From Selaginella moellendorffii (Eukaryota; Plantae; Lycopodiophyta): a stretch of DNA of 64,000 nucleotides. Under the pieces are notes generated by a model, which saw nothing but the letters and a program-made list of their open reading frames with translations, was not told where the DNA came from and did not search any database. This document shows, piece after piece, positions 1 through 11,949 of this stretch; positions within the stretch are counted from its first letter, which is position 1; every line of letters begins with the position of its first letter. The stretch covers positions 1,286,672 through 1,350,671 of the forward strand of contig NW_003314268.1 in NCBI RefSeq assembly GCF_000143415.4. Reading direction: 5' to 3'. A program made the position numbers and the translations under genes.

Positions 1-206
1 TATTCATCAAAACATATATATATATAAATATGGAGAGGGAGAGGGGGGTGGTAATTGTAATGCATATAGTCTTGGGATAAGATTTGGCTATATTGTTATT
101 GTGCATTGTGGAATTTTAGGGGATAAATAGGGATAAAATAGCCACTAAAGGTTTTTTTATTAAGTAATTACCTCTTTTTCAGTTGGATTAAGAGAAGAAA
201 AATAGG

Positions 207-210
<4 letters not shown>

Positions 211-292
<82 letters not shown>

Positions 293-362
293 TGTGTGTC
301 TGTGTGTATGTGTGTGTGTGTGTCTCTGTATATATATGTATATGTATATGTATATATATATA
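211..362. repeat. Compound (TA)n/(TG)n microsatellite flanked by a diverged ~75-bp direct repeat (137-210 / 374-448)
   Basis: Direct reading: long tata and tgtg runs; 'aagtaattacctcttt..cagttggattaaga' occurs on both sides. Confidence 0.9.
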
Positions 363-1559
363 CATAGTCATTAAATAGTCATTAAAAGATTTTTTATCAA
401 GTAATTACCTCTTTTGCAGTTGGATTAAGAAAAGAAAGATAGAGTGTGTTACATATATATACAACATATTTTCTTGGAGCATGCCTTTGAGCTAGAGAAT
501 TTTTCAACTCTGAGTACTTGGGTATCTAGATCTAAGCTAGATATATTCTAAGGAATCACTCTTCATCAAAATTGAGCCATAAATTAGACTAGGTACCCAA
601 GTGAATATCTACTCAAGCAAGGCTGCACAACCTGGATAAAGGAGAAAAAAAAAATTAAAAAAAAAGAGAAAAGAAAAAGAAAAGAAAAGGAAAGATCTTA
701 GGTGGCAATAGTTGTAGGCATGTGAAAGTTCATGGCCATGATCATCATTGAAAATGTAAGCAAATATGTCATAATGAAGGGGCCAAACCAACAAGAAGAG
801 AATTTGTGCACTTGATCAAATTCCTCAAGGCACACAAGATTTCCAAGTTGATATAATACATCCATATCTTATTTATCATGTGTTGCCTTGAGACAAAAAA
901 GTATTCAATAGCATCCTATTGTTGTTTATTTAGTGCCAAAGTCTCCTAAGCTCTTGCCTCAATTTATTGCTCCTTGTTGAGTTAAAGATTTATTACATGG
1001 TGGAGAGTAAACTGTAATGATGGGACTTGGATTAGCTTCTACCATAGATAAGTGAGAAAGATGTTGATGTAATAGATATCTTAAACATGGTTTTAAATGC
1101 CCATAAAACTGTAAACAAGTGTTTATGCTAACATTAAGGATGATCAGCAACCAACTTCAAAAGAATTGTCTTAAAAATCTTGTTTATATCTTTTTTTGTA
1201 TTCCATTGTTCTTTCTTTCAATTTTTTCTCACCCTAGTGATTACCATCTTTGAGTATTTGTTATGGTTGTGTCACCTTTCCTTACAATGGTTGATAGGTT
1301 CTCTCCATGCCATGGTCACTCAATCCTTCCCTAGTTGCATGTTGGGAGCTTCACCACCTTGTAAATCAGAGCATGGGATATTCCATCAGGGATATTCCTT
1401 GAATATTTAAGATCTTTGTATAATATAGGGTTATTAGAGATGCAGAAGGGGTGCTCTGGGCTCCTTGTCACCAAGTCAACTTTATAGTTGCAATAACAAA
1501 TTAATTATAAAGGTGATATCTCTCCAAGATATTCGGATTGAATTGTGAGAACATATGTT

Positions 1560-2409
1560 CGAGAGTTCTAGCTAGTGAGGGTGATCGCCTCGATGATATG
1601 GCTTAATAGTGCAATCCATCTCATCTTGCAGGCACCTCCACATGTGTTACCCCCGAATGCCATGATAAGGACTAGAGCTTCCATTTGTTGGTCACACAAG
1701 TTTGACAACAAGGGCATCAAGAGGTATAAAATTTTGAGGAGATCTCCCTTAAACCATACTACTGGCCCACAGAGATGTCTTGGCCTTACATTTGTAATAA
1801 AAGCAACTTCTCCCATTTGATAGTCATTTTCTTATACAACATTGTTAAGCATCTCATTATAGAATATGCACCATAGAGAAATGCATGCCCTAAATACAAT
1901 GGCACTTCTAAATTCACAAGTGCCATTTTATATTTAGTAAATTTTCAAAATTGCCCTGAAGACTAATTCCTAAGACTGGGTGAAAGCCCAAAGTGTGGTT
2001 TTATATACAATAGGGAATATAGAGGGGATCTAAATATATGGTAGGGATAGTGGGTAGGTTGGGCATAAATGATTAATCTAACACATTGTTTAGCTCTCAA
2101 TTGGGTGTATTTTAACTTGTTTTGCATTTAATTTAGGTCTAAAGCCAAGATTTATACCATATTAGTTATTGGAGTACCTAGTATTAAGCCACCAGTATGT
2201 TAAAATAATGCCAAACTCCATTTAGTTTTATTTTGCATGTTGCCTTTAGTGTTGGAATGTTATATGGTTTAAGACTATTTTAATATCATTCATGCTCCTA
2301 TTTTTTCACTCATTGATTGTATGCTTTTGTTCCTTTATTCTATGGCTATATGTTTATGAATTTAGCTCTCTCTCGTTCAATGACCCAAGGCTTTGAAACT
2401 TGGGTTTCA
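1560..2409 (+). mobile_element. Highly decayed 3' internal region and LTR (starting TGAAAGCCCAAAG at 1981) of an LTR-retrotransposon family also present at 45282, 51528 and 58679
   Basis: 1870-2180 aligns by eye with 58550-58870 (atatttagtaa..gactaa..tgaaagcccaaag..gtagggatagtgggtagg..ggagtacc), with many C>T/G>A changes; possible LTR end tgggtttca at 2409. Left boundary uncertain. Confidence 0.6.
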
Positions 2410-3530
2410 CTTTGTTGCCCTTTGCATATGTGTCAAAGTATTAGGTTCCACTATGTGGTTTTCTTACAGTAAATTAGAGTATAAGGTGGAAATCAGAGAT
2501 ATTACAACTATACAAGATGATTAAATCTAGAAACCACACAAATAATTCATTGATCACATTATACTCAAAGGAAAGAGTCAAGTGCATCTCTCCTTAGGGC
2601 TACACTTTTTAGTGGAATATAGTAAATTAATAGAATCATACTTGCCTCATTGCTTGCATTTGAGTGCTTGCATTGAGATAGTTTCAACTCTACAAAGTAA
2701 ATAACGCAAGAGTGGGCTTTGAGCGTAAAAATCCCAAATCCCAAATTCTCATAAACACTAGTTGGATGTGCAAAATAATTGAAGCCTCAATTTGGATATA
2801 CTAATTTGTTACACTATATAACATTTATATGAATCACTATTATAAATAAATTGCTATGCATTGCATGTAGCAATGTTTGGTTTGCTTAATAGTATTTTTA
2901 TTATTACTTATTAATCCAATTGATCAAATAAAGTTTATAATTATAAGCATATTTGTAATTTATAAACACAAAATTAATCTTATTGCATATCAAGATGATA
3001 GAATAAAAAAGAATATACTAGAAAGGGTTTAAGAAAGTTTATAAATTATAAACATGTTTATAAATTATAAATACAAGATTAATCTAAATGAATACAACTG
3101 TTAGATGGTAAAATATCTTAGAATATCCAAGCATATTCTAGGTATATCCACTATCTTCTATAGGGCAAACCAAAAATATATTTCAAACCTGAAGTGTTTG
3201 ATATAATTAAATTTTGGAAAACCACAAAAGTTTCTCACTGTGTTTTATATAGTTAAATCTTGAAAACCGCATAAACTATCCTTTCCCTGTTTGGAGACAG
3301 GGAAAGGGTAAGTTTCAGGGTGACAACAGAGAGTAATCAACTAATAAAACTCACTACAATTTGCAGCATAGCCACCACTGCTGCAACTCACGTCGAAAAG
3401 AAAAGTTACGTCAAGACCATCGTTAACTTGCTGCTGCTCAACTCAAGTAGAGTTCCATTTGAAAGTTGCTTCCAGTTTTTGTGTGTTTGACATATACTTT
3501 AATCTAAATGATGGCCCGCCACCAGGACGA

Positions 3531-6500
3531 TCAAGAGATGCCTCTCAGTCGTTGTCTGTCCAAAAAGAATGGCCCCAATGGTGGTGGCTGTGGCAATGAA
3601 GACGGTGGTGGTGGTGATGGCGGCGATACCTCATCATCCAGTCCCATCTTTTGCAGCCATCTCTTGATATAATCACCTACAAAGTATCCCGCCACCGATG
3701 CCACAAAACCCGTGAGAAGCAGATTAACGATGGTCTTGGCGTAGCTCTTCTTCTGAACGTGAGCTTTCCCCAGGCCGAGCAGACACAGGCAAGCCAGCGA
3801 CACGGCGGCCGTGGCTGCAAACTTGTAGTCTTTATCTCCACTGGCTCGAAACGAGAATCCATAAGTCAGTGGAGCGAGGCAGCCGAAGATGAGAAACGAG
3901 GCGATGGAGATGGAGCCGTTGATCCACAGGCTCTGTCCGATATACTGCTCGAACGAGGTGTAATCGTTCTGGTACAAGCTCCCGATCTGGAAGAACAATG
4001 TCACTGACTGAAGTTTACAAAATGGAGAACCACTTACGTTATGGAAGAGCGTGATCAATCCCGCGATCAAGTTTGCTAGGCTCAAAGCGAGAACATTAAC
4101 TGTGTCACATGAAAGATCAGCGAAGAAAACGAAAAAGAACGAAGAAAAGCTATGAAAGACATACTTGTTTTGGTTCCCGAGCCAGCTCCAGAGGACACCA
4201 CTGCCAGGCTTGTGAGTGTCACGTCCAATCCTCCATATACAATGCTCTTGACATACTCCTGTATCTTTGGATCTCCTGGTTGCTGGTGGGAAGGATCTGG
4301 GATAACTTCTGCGATAGACAGTGCGGTTTCCACAGCCTGCTTTGGATCATCGCCTCGAACTTGGATGAGTGCCTCGGGGCTCTTGACGGAGACTGTGGCA
4401 GTCACTGGTCCGGCAGCCGGAGCGAGAATGCCTGCTGCGTCTGATAACGAAGCTACGACTTCTTGGACGTCGAGTTCGGGTGTGAGCAATGGCTGCTTAA
4501 GTTCCTCCACTTGAGAGGTTTCTTTCGGTTTCTTTGGAATGGGAGCAACTTCCTGGATCTCGGACTGAGGTACTTTGGTCGCTGGCTGCTTTCTCATGTC
4601 GATCAGACTCTCCTCTTCATCACCATCTTCCTCTTCTTCTTCCTCCTCCTCTTGAATGATTACCTTAGTTGGACGATCCGATCGAGCTGCGTCCTGATAG
4701 TCTTTTGGAGATTCTCTCTCCAAGGCATCGAGCAATGCCCATCCTGTTGACGGCGTTGAGACGAGAGTCTGTGTGGTGGTCTTGTCGTTTTTCCCGGCCG
4801 GGTCGCTTTTCTGGCTCAAAGTCATGTCCACAAACGTGGTTGCGTTGTCGACTTGGACTGTGCTGACTTGCGTGTCTGCTTTCTTGGCTGTGCTCTTCAC
4901 AGTCACGACGTTGGTGATCGTTTTGATCCAAGCCTGGATTCGGGTTTCCTTGCTAATAAACGATTCCTCGCGAGCACTGTCTTTGCGAGGAGCTGCACAT
5001 CAGGTTTGTATTTGCGATGAGCATACCGGTGTTTGAAGAATGATGGTACTTACTTAGATCTTTAACTTTATCTTCCGTTTTAGCTGTTGACTGCAGTTTA
5101 CTGTTGTCTTCTATGACGAGATCATTCGTTGGTTTCTCCTCGCTTGCGACTGCCCACCAAAACAGTTGAGGAAAAGTGAAAAGTAAAAACAAAATGGAGA
5201 ACCTTTTGTTTCTTGATGTTCGGGCTTTGTATCAGCACCCCACGAGTAAGCTGGAATCAGAAGAGGTAGACAGTTTAAGCCAGCTTTGATGTCAACGTCC
5301 TCTGCTTGCAAGATCAGTGAGTGATGGTTCAACAAAAATAGAAAAGAACCATACCTCGTTGAAAACTCCACGGAAGACAATCGCAAGAATCTGTCTTTTT
5401 TTCCTCTGCACTGGTAACTCCTGCAGTGAGAAAGCTCAGCAGCAGCAACTTAAAGAGAGAATGTACGACATACTTTCATAAGAAACATGTGTTTCAGATG
5501 GAGCTGAAGCTGGAGGTTGCGTTGATGGAATATCAGCCTGAGAATCAGCTGCTATGTCACTGCTTTCGAGCTCGGAAAGATCTGTTGGCACTTTTTTGTC
5601 CTTCGAAGTACTACCCTGAGGCTCAGGTGTTTTTGTCACTGGCTCAACAACACGAACCTCTGGCAAATCTAGCAGTTATAGTTTCATAAGGATTCGATTG
5701 TATCACTGACCTTCTGTAACCTTTGAAGTGTGAGTTGAGCCTTGAGTATCTGTGACTGAAAACCGCAAAATCAAAGTATTTATAATCACAAGAAAGGGAA
5801 TTCACGTACCATCTTCCTCTTGTGATGTGATCTTCAGGGATGACACTGCCTGGTTTGAGTCCTGAGCTTCTTCTCCAGTCCGAACTGTGATCTTGACTGT
5901 GAGCGACACCATCGTTTCGTTAGGAATCCGAAAGTAACTCGTAAATTCATGGATACACACCGTCCTCCTTCACCAAAGTTTTCTTCAAAGGCGATGATCC
6001 CCAGCTGTAAGAGGGAAGCAAAGCTGGAATACAGTTAAATCCACCTTTGTCTTCCTCCTCTCGCACCTCAGCAGCACCTGGATAAAAACAGTGACGAATT
6101 AAGTAAGTGTCTCAGATCGCCTGTAGAGATAACAACCTGAATCCTGTTCTTGGATCGTCATCGAATCGCCATCTTTGTCCCAGTACTTGGGAAGCAAGAC
6201 AGGCAAACAGCTGAAACTTTCCGCGTCTCCTTCCTCCATTGGCTCGGTCGTGGCTCTATTCTCTACAAGATTCAGCAAGATTATCAAAAGCTTTTCTTTC
6301 CAAAAACCATCCCAAACCTCGTGAAGATGACAAAAAGGGAAGACAGCTCCTCTCCGACTTGTCCTGCTCACTTTCACTGCTCACATGTCCTGAGAAATAA
6401 ACAAAAGCCCGCAAGTAGAGATCTGACTGTACATGTTTTATAAAAACGAGTAGAAAGGCAGCATGCCTACGTACCAGTTCCATGATCTGGAAGCACGATG

Positions 6501-8106
6501 GTTTGCTCTGGCCGACTCAAATCGATAAATATGTCGACTTCTCGACTCTCCTCTTCACGGGATTCTTGAGATTTGCTTGTTTCTTTCGACCACGGAAACT
6601 CTAGCGGCAGACAAGTGCCGAATCCTCGGCTGGCAACTGGCCCCTCGGACGATTGCTGCAATCGAAAGCTCCCTAAAGAACAAAAAAAAAAAGAGTATAA
6701 ACTCACTCGAGCGAACAAATGGTGCCAACCTGTTCCATCCCAGTGAAAATCCGGAAGCAAGTACGGTAGACAACTAAACTGACGAGCTCGATCGCGTACT
6801 CCGAGCAGTGGCTCGTGCAAACCATCGCGAACTGCAAAAGCTCTCGCTAGAAATACAGGAGAAACTGAAAGAAAAGCCTTACCTTTACGAAAGAAAATGG
6901 AGAAGCAAGCTAAGCATCCCCATGCCTCGGACTCCTCCTCCTCGTGTTCTTGGTCTCTAAGAGCAACACCTCGTGGAGATTCGGTCGATGGTGGCGGGGG
7001 AAGCGTCACACTCTCGGCCTCTTCGAGTTTCTGAGCCTTGGCTTGATCCGCGGATAGACTCACACCGCCAGTCGACGTCCTCTTTCGTTTCTTGAGAATC
7101 ACCCGCCTCGTGATGCATGATCCACAGTTTGGACAGAGCAAGTGATGGCTGGTTTGCTCCTTGAGGATTCTCTCCAGATCATACTCAAGCTCGGGCTTTT
7201 TTTCGCTGGTAGAATCGACTGCTTCTTTCAGCTTCTCCCGCAGACGATCACCGTCGTGAACCGGATGATCGTGAAGAACTGGAAGAACTTCCAAAACCTC
7301 CTTCACAGCTGACCCAAGTTCTTCATGCGAAATGGTCGGATCCAAGACCTGTCCATTGCTGGGTTCGACTTTCTCCTCTTGGATCTCTCCATCAAGATTT
7401 TCTTCGACTTTCTCAAGTCCCCCGCGACCATTGCTCATCGTCTCCGCCTTGATTCCAGTGTGTTCTTCTTCCTGATCCCGCGGAGAGCTCTCGGACACCT
7501 CCAAATCCTTCTTCTCACCCGTCACTTCACTCCCTTGTTCTTGATCTTCCTCGGAGCCCAGCCATGCATGCACGCTCTGGAAGCTCCCGCAATGCTTTCG
7601 GTGCTCTCGTCTCATCTTGGCGCTGGGACGAGGATTCGGGTAAATCCAGCCACAGTGCTTGCACGTAGAGATCCCTGTTCCAAGCGAGGGAGAACAAAGA
7701 CTTAGACAAGCTACATCCTCCATAGCCATGGCGAAGAACTACCTAGAAAGAAGAGAAAAAACATCCATGTACCTTTCTCTCGATCGTGGAACACGCTGCT
7801 CTCCGACTTGGGTTTCTTCCTGCCCCTGATCTCTCGCACAATCCCAGCGCTTCCATTCGCATTTTCATCGGATCGCTCAGACGACGATGAAGTCGAGCTG
7901 TTTTCATCCTCGGCCAAGGCTCCCTCGGACTGCTCCTTCTGTGCTCGCGCTCCTCGCCCGCCACCCTTGGACGAATTCCCAGACGATCCCCCCTCCTTCT
8001 CCTCCTCCTCCTCTTGCGATTTTCCATCGCCTCGATCCGAGCGATCCTCATCGTGGTGCTCGAGTTGACTTTTGGCGGCGCCTTCACCGGGATGATTGAT
8101 ATCCAT
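3531..8106 (-). CDS. Membrane protein of ER body-like (MEB/MEBL) protein with C-terminal VIT1/CCC1 metal-transporter domain, multi-exon
   Basis: C-terminal exons encode YVKSIVYGGL..TSLAVVSSGAGSG and hydrophobic helices (VIT1/CCC1); the central region has LLCPNCGSCITRRVILKKRKR and CLACFSIF, typical of MEB-like proteins; short GT-AG introns (e.g. 7772-7675); ATG at 8106, TGA at 3531. Confidence 0.85.
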
Positions 8107-8798
8107 GGCTCCCAAATACCATGGAATGGAAGAAATCCAGTGGATCAACTGACCTTCTCCTTCGCTCTGTGGCTAGGGGCGCTCTCGCGATTCTTATTTT
8201 GTGCTTCCAGCCAGCCAGCGCTAGCCAAGAAAATGCCAAGCAGCGAAACCCGGCCACCACTAAATACGTGCACGAGAGTCATGTGGGAGAGTTTACTCCA
8301 AGAAGCCTCCAAATGTGGCTATGGGAGATCGGATTATCATAGAAAGGAAAGCCATGAAAGAAAAATAGGAGAGAAGAGAGAGATGGTAAAATCTTAAGAA
8401 TGAGATCGTCCGGAATTTTTCGCCCGCCAGACAAGAAGACTTTACGCGCGCGCCAGCCATTCTTGAAGAATCCATCCTTGTCACTATATTCGCGCTATAT
8501 CCAACGGCCAGCGCTACTTCTCCAACCCCAGCCGTCCGATCTAGGGCTAAGTCACCCTGTCAACCCTATATTAGACACAAGATTTTAAGTTAGTTTCGTT
8601 TTGTTGCTCCTCAAATTTACAGCGATTGATCAATTTCTCTGTTTGGGTTCTGTATGATGAAGCTATCATATCATATCTGCAACATGGAAAGAAAAAGAGT
8701 TAAAAAAAACAAGATCATTTGGACAGGAAGAACAAACAGTCCAAAGAAAACAAAGATTGCAAGGAACTAAGAACAAGAAAAGCACAAAAAAACAGGAC

Positions 8799-10529
8799 TT
8801 ACCACTCTGATGATATGTCCAATCTCTTGAGGAAGCTCCTGAATTTGCCCCCTTCCAGCTTCTCCAGCAGCTTCTTGGCCCCTGGAACCTCGCCCTCCAC
8901 CAATCTCCCCAAGTAGTAGCAAGCTCCACTCGCCATGATCTGCTTCCTGTTCTTGGAGTTCCCGGCCAGAGCGATCAATGCCGCCACCGCCCGCTCTGCC
9001 GCCAAGCTCGGCGACCCCGACGTATCCAGCAGCCGAACGATCCCCGAGATTCCCTTCTCCTCGCTCGCCACCATCCTCCGGTTGCTCTCCAGCTCCACCA
9101 AGTTGGCCAGCGCGCTCACGGCGTGCTCTTGCGCGCTCGCCATCTTCGCGTCCAGCATCCCCACCAGCGGAGCGATGCATCCGGCGTCACCGATAGCTCT
9201 CCGGCTCTCGGAGCACACCGCCATGGCTGCCACTGCCGCCGCGGCGCACTGCTGCACGCACGGCGATCCCTGCGTCAGGAATCCCACCAGCGGGTGCAAG
9301 AAACCGGCCTCCAGGATCGCTGGAACTGTGGCTGGCGACGACGCGATCCCGCGGAGGATTCCAATCCCTGCCTCCTGCGACGCCGGAGCCTCCGATCCAT
9401 CGAGAAATCTCGCCAGCGGCTCCAGCACCCCTTCGCTCCACACCAGAGCACGCTTGAAGTTGTCGTCGTCCATGGCCGCCAAGTTCTGTAACGCCACCGC
9501 GGCGTGCTCGCGCGAGTGTGGAGTCCCGGAACTTAGCAAGTAGATGAGCACCTGGAGGGACTCCTCCTCCTCGGAGATCCTCCGCCGGATCTCCTCCACC
9601 GCGGAGAGGTTCCTCAAGACGCTGGCGGAGACAGCCTGCGCGACTGGAGTTCCACTCCGGCACAAATCCAGCAGCGGACTCACACCCCCGCAAGCCGCAA
9701 CCGATCGAGCATTGTCTGGAACCAGCGTGAGACTCTGCAAGGCCCTGGCGGCCCTCTCGCTGGCCAGAGACCCTCTAGCCGGATCGAGCAGCCGGACGAG
9801 CGACTGCAAAGCTCCCTCGCTGACGATCTCGTGGACGCAGCTCTCCACGGTTGCCAGGCTCGCCACTGCCGCGGCGGCCTTCTCTCGCATCACAGGAGCT
9901 CGCCCGTCCAAGAGATGGACGAGCGCTGGAATGCTTCCCGGTGCCGCGGCTACCACCAAAACGTTCTTGTCATCCTCGGCCATGAACTCCACCAGCGAGT
10001 CGAGAGCTTTGATCCGCGACTCGGTGCTCCCCATCTGGAGCCTCGCCAGCAAGTCCTTGACGGTCCATTTCCTGCTCTCTTTGCTCACGCCCATCACCGA
10101 GAGGGTCATCAGCGGCGATGCCTGGCAAAGAACACCGGTCTCGATCATCAGCCTCGAGTCGTGGAGGTAGCCATCCAGCCTGCTCGCCAGGGAATCCAGC
10201 CTACTCTGCATTTGGAGCTTCCCTCCGCCATAACTGGGAAGCGCGCACTGCGACACGAGCTCCAAACCCTCGCCCAAGCTTGCCACGAGGGATTCCAGGA
10301 GCTCCAGGCAGAGTGTGTTCTTGGCGAAGAACGGCGCGCCGCCGAGCTCGGTCAAGAGATCTGGCAGCCGCTCCAATCTCGAGATTATCATCTTCCATCG
10401 CACAAGGAAGGCCTTGACGGACGAGGAAGCCGCGACGATCTGCGCTACCAGACTCTGTGCCTGCTCCAGCAATCCCTCCCCGCCGCCGCGATCAAGAACA
10501 CCGTGTTCTTGCTCCCTGGCCGTTACCAT
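8799..10529 (-). CDS. Armadillo-repeat protein (plant VAC8-like ARM family with N-terminal helical domain)
   Basis: Long ORF with successive ARM repeats (IPALVHLL, AREHAAVALQNLA, AQEHAVSALANL); first ATG (MVTAREQ) at 10529. The terminal TGGTAAGT may be a splice donor rather than the true stop. Confidence 0.9.
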   Translation of the reverse strand: MVTAREQEHGVLDRGGGEGLLEQAQSLVAQIVAASSSVKAFLVRWKMIISRLERLPDLLTELGGAPFFAKNTLCLELLESLVASLGEGLELVSQCALPSYGGGKLQMQSRLDSLASRLDGYLHDSRLMIETGVLCQASPLMTLSVMGVSKESRKWTVKDLLARLQMGSTESRIKALDSLVEFMAEDDKNVLVVAAAPGSIPALVHLLDGRAPVMREKAAAAVASLATVESCVHEIVSEGALQSLVRLLDPARGSLASERAARALQSLTLVPDNARSVAACGGVSPLLDLCRSGTPVAQAVSASVLRNLSAVEEIRRRISEEEESLQVLIYLLSSGTPHSREHAAVALQNLAAMDDDNFKRALVWSEGVLEPLARFLDGSEAPASQEAGIGILRGIASSPATVPAILEAGFLHPLVGFLTQGSPCVQQCAAAAVAAMAVCSESRRAIGDAGCIAPLVGMLDAKMASAQEHAVSALANLVELESNRRMVASEEKGISGIVRLLDTSGSPSLAAERAVAALIALAGNSKNRKQIMASGACYYLGRLVEGEVPGAKKLLEKLEGGKFRSFLKRLDISSEW

Positions 10530-11949
10530 TGCTCGCTCCAGCCTTCCTAGCCTAGATTTCGCGAGCTCCGCGAGATTCCTGTGAGCGTCCTGGCATCGCC
10601 TAGACAATCTCTACAAAGAAGCGCCCTAGCAATGCTCTACCTGGCGCGTGGCAATCCCTGGCGCCCTCCATAGCCATCGATCGAGCTAAATGGGGCAATG
10701 GCGCTACCTCGGCGCTTCTCTAGGTAGGAAGACCACACAATATGTGCCGAGCGCCAGGTGGCAGGTGACGTGGCGTACGCGTCACTTCACTTCTTCCACA
10801 TCAGCCGGCCAAACCACGTGTCTCCCTGTCATTGAGCAGCACCATCCCACTCTATCATCATATCTCGGCTGACTCGCCGGTAACGGACGGTGTGGCCGCC
10901 ACTGCCGTACGACCCGGGGCAGGTATACCGGTCCAATATTATGTGACGTACAAGTAAGGATCCATGTCAATGGAGACGCGGCACGTGTCGCTTTCCAAGT
11001 GGCGGGCATTAGTATTGAGTGCTCTTTAAAGATCGAGCTTTGACTGTTATTGTTTTCATCATGCGTAAGTATGAAAGAGAAAGCAATAAAAATTCAAATC
11101 AAGAATAACGGATCTCAATTCCAACCCTAATTCTCGATGCCCGCGAATATTCTAATTCTCGATGCTCACGAATATCCCACGATTTAGAAAAGCGCGCAAA
11201 GCAAACATGGCCTTGCCCAGCTTTTTCCAGGCAAACTTCCATTCTATCCATAAGCAGGGCGCTTTATAGATCCAATCCAACTCCCACAACACCACTTTGG
11301 AGCTCTCTACTTAGGTTCTACACAAGAATCTTTCCAAGAATTTTATAGAGATTTTTATACTTGGGGGGGCCATTCAATGACAATAGAGGGTTATGCTATG
11401 TTTGTATGTAGGTCTTTGGAAATCTCTCTCGTGAAGTCAAGCTATGATATCACACAAGTTACGTAACACACATGATCAAACAAGTTGGTATCAAAATGAT
11501 AATATTCCAGAGACAAAAGGATAGATATTCTGTCTGTAGCTTTGAAAAGTAGGAATGTTTGTTTGTACACGCTGGCTCGCACCACGGGGAGCCTCCGTAC
11601 GAATATGGCCACCCTCATTGCTATGGATGATCTTAGCCTTCTTTTTTTCTCGGTAGCCTTTCGAGAAAAAATTGACAATGGAACAACTCGAGAACAAAAC
11701 TCGAGCCACTGCTTTGTCCACTTTCATATACTTGTGATGCGAGCCAGCGCTTAAGCTTAGCTCAAAGAATTCCTTTCGAGTTGACTCCAAACGAATGCCT
11801 GTTGAGTGGATCCATCCACGCAACGTCAGCTGGATCCAGGAAAAGAAAAAGGAGCATTCGCTTTGGAGGTATCAGCCGCTTGATAGCGATCGATTTGATC
11901 GTCGAAGAACTCGCTAGAAAAGTTTTGTAGCTCTGGAACTAATGGAACT

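Noticed and set aside
3279-3308. 12-bp hairpin CCCTTTCCCTGT/ACAGGGAAAGGG as a Helitron 3' end or terminator
   Set aside because: No CTRR terminus at the expected distance, no matching 5' end and no U-tract.
8935-10584. Long plus-strand ORFs antisense to the ARM gene (similar ones at 12010-13122, 29562-30755 and 34677-37024)
   Set aside because: Shadow ORFs expected from GC-rich coding sequence; no domains.
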